Shown: in pieces, positions 60,127-64,000 of the stretch
How positions within the stretch are numbered: the stretch's first letter is position 1
Layout of the letters: every line of letters begins with the position of its first letter
From: an uncultured Chloroflexia bacterium
Lineage (GTDB): Bacteria > Chloroflexota > Limnocylindria > Limnocylindrales > CSP1-4
Direction: 5' to 3'
NCBI GenBank assembly: GCA_963813335.1
Contig: CAWEYL010000003.1
Location: 320,001-384,000 of the forward strand
Length of the DNA stretch: 64,000 bases
Notes under the pieces: model-generated
What the model saw: the letters and a program-made list of their open reading frames with translations, nothing else
The model's database searches: none
Told to the model about the DNA's origin: nothing
Program-made: the position numbers and the translations under genes

Positions 60127-61380
60127 CTAGACGGCGGCCGGGGTCGCGGGAGGGGCGGCGGCGCGCGCGGTCGCGAGGGCGTCCGCGATGTCCGCCTCGA
60201 TGTCCTCGACGTCCTCGAGACCGACCGAGACGCGGAGCAGGCCCGGCGAGATGCCGGCCGCCAGCAGCTCGGCCTCGGACATCTGGCGCTGCGAGGTGGA
60301 CGGCGGGTGGACGACCATCGTGTGGACACTGCCGAGCGAGGCGGTCAGCTCGGGGAGGGTCAGCGCGTCGATGAGCGCCTGGCCCGCCGCACGGCCGCCG
60401 GCGACCTCGAAGGCGAGCATGCCGCCCGCGGCGCCTGGCCGGAACTGGCGGATGGCGGTGGCGTGCTGGGGGTGGCTCGGGAGGCCGGGGTAGAGCACGC
60501 GGTCGACGCCGTCCTGACGCTCGAGCCACTCGGCGAGGGCCAGCGCGTTGCGGGCGTGCTGTGCGCCGCGCACGCCCAGGGTCAGCATGCCGCGCAGGAC
60601 CAGGAACGCCTCGAACGGGCCGAGCGTGGCCCCGGTCTCGATCTGGACCCGCTCGACCTCGGCGACCCACGCGGCCGGGCCGGCGACGACGCCGGCGATC
60701 AGATCGCTGTGCCCGCCCAGGAACTTGGTGGCGGACTCGACCACCAGGTCGGCGCCCAGCTCCAACGGCCGGCAGATGTACGGGCTGGCGAACGTGTTGT
60801 CGACGACGTACGCCGCCCCATGGCGATGGGCCAGCTCGGACAGGGCGGCGTGGTCGCTGACGAACGTCGTCGGGTTCGCGATGGTCTCGGCGTAGAGGAC
60901 CCGGGTGGGGGCGGCCTCGAGCGCGGTGGCCACGGCGTCGAGATCGGTCATGTCGACGATGTCGATGCGGACCCCGAACCCGCCGAAGGTGCGCAGCATC
61001 TGAGTCCGGGTGGAGCCGTAGACGGCCGCCGGCGCGACGATCCGGTCGCCGGTGCGGACCAGGGACGCGAGCGCGGCGTGGATCGCGCCCATGCCGGAGG
61101 CCAACGCGACCCCTGCCTCGCCCGAGGCGATCTCCGCGTAGGCCGCGCCGAGGGCGGCCGTGGTCGGGTTGGCGATCCGGCTGTAGGCGTAGCCGCCGCG
61201 CGGGTCGGCGGCTGCCCGGCCGAGCTCCTCGGCGTCGGCGGAGGCGAAGGTGGCGGTCTGGTAGATCGGGACGCTGGTCGGCGTCTGCTCGATCCGGGGG
61301 ATGCGCGACGCGGCGCGGATCGCGCGGGTCGAGAAGCCACGGGCCGGTCCGTCCGGGCCGCGCACGTCGGGGTCGCTCAC
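60127..61380 (-). CDS. Cys/Met-metabolism PLP enzyme (cystathionine gamma-synthase / methionine gamma-lyase family)
   Basis: PIYQTATF, YSRIANPT, SGMGAI, DNTFASP, ESATKFLGGHSD, SLG, LRVSVGLE. Confidence 0.92.
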   Translation of the reverse strand: MSDPDVRGPDGPARGFSTRAIRAASRIPRIEQTPTSVPIYQTATFASADAEELGRAAADPRGGYAYSRIANPTTAALGAAYAEIASGEAGVALASGMGAIHAALASLVRTGDRIVAPAAVYGSTRTQMLRTFGGFGVRIDIVDMTDLDAVATALEAAPTRVLYAETIANPTTFVSDHAALSELAHRHGAAYVVDNTFASPYICRPLELGADLVVESATKFLGGHSDLIAGVVAGPAAWVAEVERVQIETGATLGPFEAFLVLRGMLTLGVRGAQHARNALALAEWLERQDGVDRVLYPGLPSHPQHATAIRQFRPGAAGGMLAFEVAGGRAAGQALIDALTLPELTASLGSVHTMVVHPPSTSQRQMSEAELLAAGISPGLLRVSVGLEDVEDIEADIADALATARAAAPPATPAAV

Positions 61381-61424
61381 GGCCGGATGCTACACCGGTC
61401 TCGCGCGGCGGGGGTCGAGCCCGC

Positions 61425-62651
61425 CTAGACCGCCCGCTGGAGCGGCATCGCCACGCCGGTGACGCGGTCCTTGCCGGCCCGCTTGGACACGTACATCGCG
61501 TTGTCCGCGCTGATCATCAGCTCGTCGACGCTGCGGCCGTCATCGGGGTAGGCCACGACCCCGACGGAGAGCGACGGGCGCGGCGCCCCGATGGGCAGTT
61601 CCAGCGGCATCGTGCGGACCCCGATCCGGATCTTCTCGGCCAGGACGAATGCCCCGGTCGGGTCGGTCTCGGGGAGCACCACCACGAACTCGTCGCCGCC
61701 GTAGCGGGCGGCAGTGTCGATGCGCCGGATGCTGGTCTCGATCACCTCGCCGACCGCGCGCAGGACGCGGTCGCCGTGGAAGTGCCCCGCCCGGTCGTTG
61801 ACGGTCTTGAGCTCGTCGACGTCCATCATCAGCAGGCAGAACCCGCGGCCCGAGCGCGCCGAGCGGGCGATCTCGCGGTCGATCGCGGCGAAGAAGAACG
61901 TCCGGTTGAAGAGCCCGGTGAGCGGGTCCACGGTCGAGAGCCGGATGGCCGCGTCGCGGGCGCGGCGCTGTTCCCGGCCGATGACCATCGACACGAACGC
62001 CAGCAGGACGAGGGCCGTCAGGTTGACCGTCACGTACGCCAGCTCGGTGGAGCCGAGCGATCCGGACGCCGAGCCGGCCAGCACCGCGATCACGTAGCCG
62101 AGGGCCGCGATCAGCGTGAGGACCACCGTGATCCGCCCCGGGACGACCAGCGCCGCGCCGGCCACGACCAGCGGGAAGGCGAAGAAGAACGGGCTCGCCG
62201 CGCCACCGGTCAGGGCGACCAGCAGTGAGGCACCGATGAGCGCGGCCGCGCCCTCGAGGACGTACCGGGCGGACCCGAGCACGTCGGACGGCATCAGGTC
62301 GTGGACGAGGACGATGAACAGGCCGCCGAGGGCGAGGAGGACGAGGATCGCGGGCTGCGTGTCCGGCCAGAGGCCGCTGACCGCCACGATGACGGTGGTC
62401 GCCATCAAGAAGGTCCAGGCCACGATGCGCACGACCCGGTCGTAGCCGGGCATCGGATCGCCCTCGGGCGGGACGATGTCGTCGACCCCGAGGATGGCCG
62501 CCGCCTCGGCGTGGCGCGGCGGGCTCTGGGCGACGCCGCCGGTCCCCCATCCGGACGCGTCGACCAGCACGGGGACGACGAGGGCGGCCATCAGCCCGAA
62601 GTTCGCTGCCACCGCGACCACGATGAGGGCGAGGATCGCCTCGACCGGCAA
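61425..62651 (-). CDS. Membrane-bound diguanylate cyclase
   Basis: Multiple TM helices; DPLTGLFNR, RRID I-site, RYGGDEF. Confidence 0.92.
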   Translation of the reverse strand: MPVEAILALIVVAVAANFGLMAALVVPVLVDASGWGTGGVAQSPPRHAEAAAILGVDDIVPPEGDPMPGYDRVVRIVAWTFLMATTVIVAVSGLWPDTQPAILVLLALGGLFIVLVHDLMPSDVLGSARYVLEGAAALIGASLLVALTGGAASPFFFAFPLVVAGAALVVPGRITVVLTLIAALGYVIAVLAGSASGSLGSTELAYVTVNLTALVLLAFVSMVIGREQRRARDAAIRLSTVDPLTGLFNRTFFFAAIDREIARSARSGRGFCLLMMDVDELKTVNDRAGHFHGDRVLRAVGEVIETSIRRIDTAARYGGDEFVVVLPETDPTGAFVLAEKIRIGVRTMPLELPIGAPRPSLSVGVVAYPDDGRSVDELMISADNAMYVSKRAGKDRVTGVAMPLQRAV

Positions 62652-62790
62652 CGTCCAACCTCACGACAGGGTGCGTCGAACGCCGCCAGCGCGCGCCCGA
62701 CAGAGGGTCATCTTAGCGGCTGGACGGGTGGGCTCCGGGGCGGAGCGGACGCCTCCGGTGCGGTGGGGCACCAGCTTGCGCGACGGGTCC

Positions 62791-63288
62791 CTAGCGGACC
62801 CCCCACTGGTAGCTCTGCTTCACGAGCCGGAGGTAGACGAACGTCTCCGTCTCGCGCACGCCCTCGATCGCCCGCAGGCGCTCGGCGAGGAAGCGCAGGA
62901 GCGATTCGTTGTCCTCGCAGACGGTCTCCACGAGGAGGTCGTACGTCCCCGCGGTGATGACCACGTAGTCGACCTCCGGCATGGCCGCGAGCTCCTCGGC
63001 CACGGCCACCAGCCGGTCGCTCTGGCAGCGGACGCCGACCATGGCCATCTGGTGGAAGCCGAGCTTGAGGGGGTCCGTCACCCCGACCACCTGGAGGATC
63101 CCGCGCTCGATGAGGCGGTTCGTGCGGGCGCGGACCGCCGCTTCCGACACCCCGAGCTCGGCGGCGATCTGGGTGAACGGGCGCCGCCCATCGGCCTGGA
63201 GGTGCTCGATGATCCGCTTGTCGAGGTCGGACACGTCCTCGACGTTCCTGCCGTTGCGAGATCGAGCTGGGCGTCCATTGGCGGTCAT
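62791..63288 (-). CDS. Lrp/AsnC-family regulator
   Basis: LDKRII..LQ.DGR.PF..IA..LGVSE..VR.R; AGTYDL. Confidence 0.93.
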   Translation of the reverse strand: MTANGRPARSRNGRNVEDVSDLDKRIIEHLQADGRRPFTQIAAELGVSEAAVRARTNRLIERGILQVVGVTDPLKLGFHQMAMVGVRCQSDRLVAVAEELAAMPEVDYVVITAGTYDLLVETVCEDNESLLRFLAERLRAIEGVRETETFVYLRLVKQSYQWGVR

Positions 63289-63989
63289 GGTCCCGTGGTC
63301 TCCCGTGGCGATGGGCTGACGCCGATCGGTCCGCCGGCACCTCCGGTGTCGCCGGCCGTCGACGATGGCGCGGGGCTGGGAGCGGCAGCGTGGCTGGGAA
63401 GCGTGACCTTGATGATCGTCCGAGTCTGCAGCGGCGCGGCGAGTCCGTCCATGGCCTTGATCAGCGCCGCGAGCGCCGGCCGCTGACCGGTGCTCGGCTT
63501 CTGCGGCTTCGCCCCGGTCGACGGCCCCCATTCGATGAGGATGTTCATGCCCTTGAGCGCGATCGGCGATTCGCCCTGACCGGGCTTCGAGCCGGACTTC
63601 CAGGCGGTCGCCTTGGCCAGCGCCTTGGCCGAACTGTACTGGCTGATGATGATGGGCCAGCCGGCGTACGTCGCGACGATCCGCTTGACGAGGCCGCCCT
63701 TGCCCTTGCCGCCGGCGTTCGTGGGGACCAGCCTCAGGCCGGCGGCGTTGAGCGCGGTGTAGACGGCATCGGCCGTCGCGGGCGAGGTCAGGTGGGTGAC
63801 CGGGGCCGCGGACGTGACGGTCGTGGGGTGGGCCGTGGGCGTCTCGTCCGGCGTCGTGGTGCCGCCGCAGGCCGCCGCCGCACACGCGAGGACCACGCCG
63901 ACGGCGATGGGCCGTACCGACCAGTCGCCGTGGCCACGGCCCGTTCCCCGACCGCGTCCCCGTCGCGCGAGTCGATTCGAGATTCGCAT
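63285..63989 (-). CDS. Hypothetical lipoprotein
   Basis: Lipobox AAAC followed by a Thr/Pro-rich linker; start uncertain near the window edge. Confidence 0.55.
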   Translation of the reverse strand: MRISNRLARRGRGRGTGRGHGDWSVRPIAVGVVLACAAAACGGTTTPDETPTAHPTTVTSAAPVTHLTSPATADAVYTALNAAGLRLVPTNAGGKGKGGLVKRIVATYAGWPIIISQYSSAKALAKATAWKSGSKPGQGESPIALKGMNILIEWGPSTGAKPQKPSTGQRPALAALIKAMDGLAAPLQTRTIIKVTLPSHAAAPSPAPSSTAGDTGGAGGPIGVSPSPRETTGP

Positions 63990-64000
63990 CGCGGGCCGGA

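Overview
High-GC (about 70%) bacterial window. The ECF sigma/anti-sigma types, F420-dependent enzymes, GSIII and leaderless promoters suggest a Chloroflexota (Limnocylindria-like) or actinobacterial-type host; this is inference. A tRNA-Pro(CGG) gene (50754-50830, minus strand) divides the window. To its right are core-looking genes: PAS-GGDEF-EAL, MFS, ECF pair, glutamine synthetase III, ResB, a Cys/Met PLP enzyme, a GGDEF protein and Lrp. To its left is an accessory region of at least 38 kb punctuated by five intergenic copies of the tRNA 3' end (12389, 28256, 37596, 40288, 44821), i.e. a tandem accretion of tRNA-targeted islands with no recognisable integrase left. Cargo includes two paralogous SnoaL-TusA fusion + DsrE modules beside large LuxR regulators, an ArsR-DUF302-rhodanese-OsmC operon, a Sphingomonad-like ferC-ferBA cluster with its operator, a two-component system with DDHGG-repeat secreted targets, a DesKR-ABC module and sulfatase genes. 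Several single-base frameshifts look like sequencing errors. All family assignments come from motif recognition by eye, not database searches.
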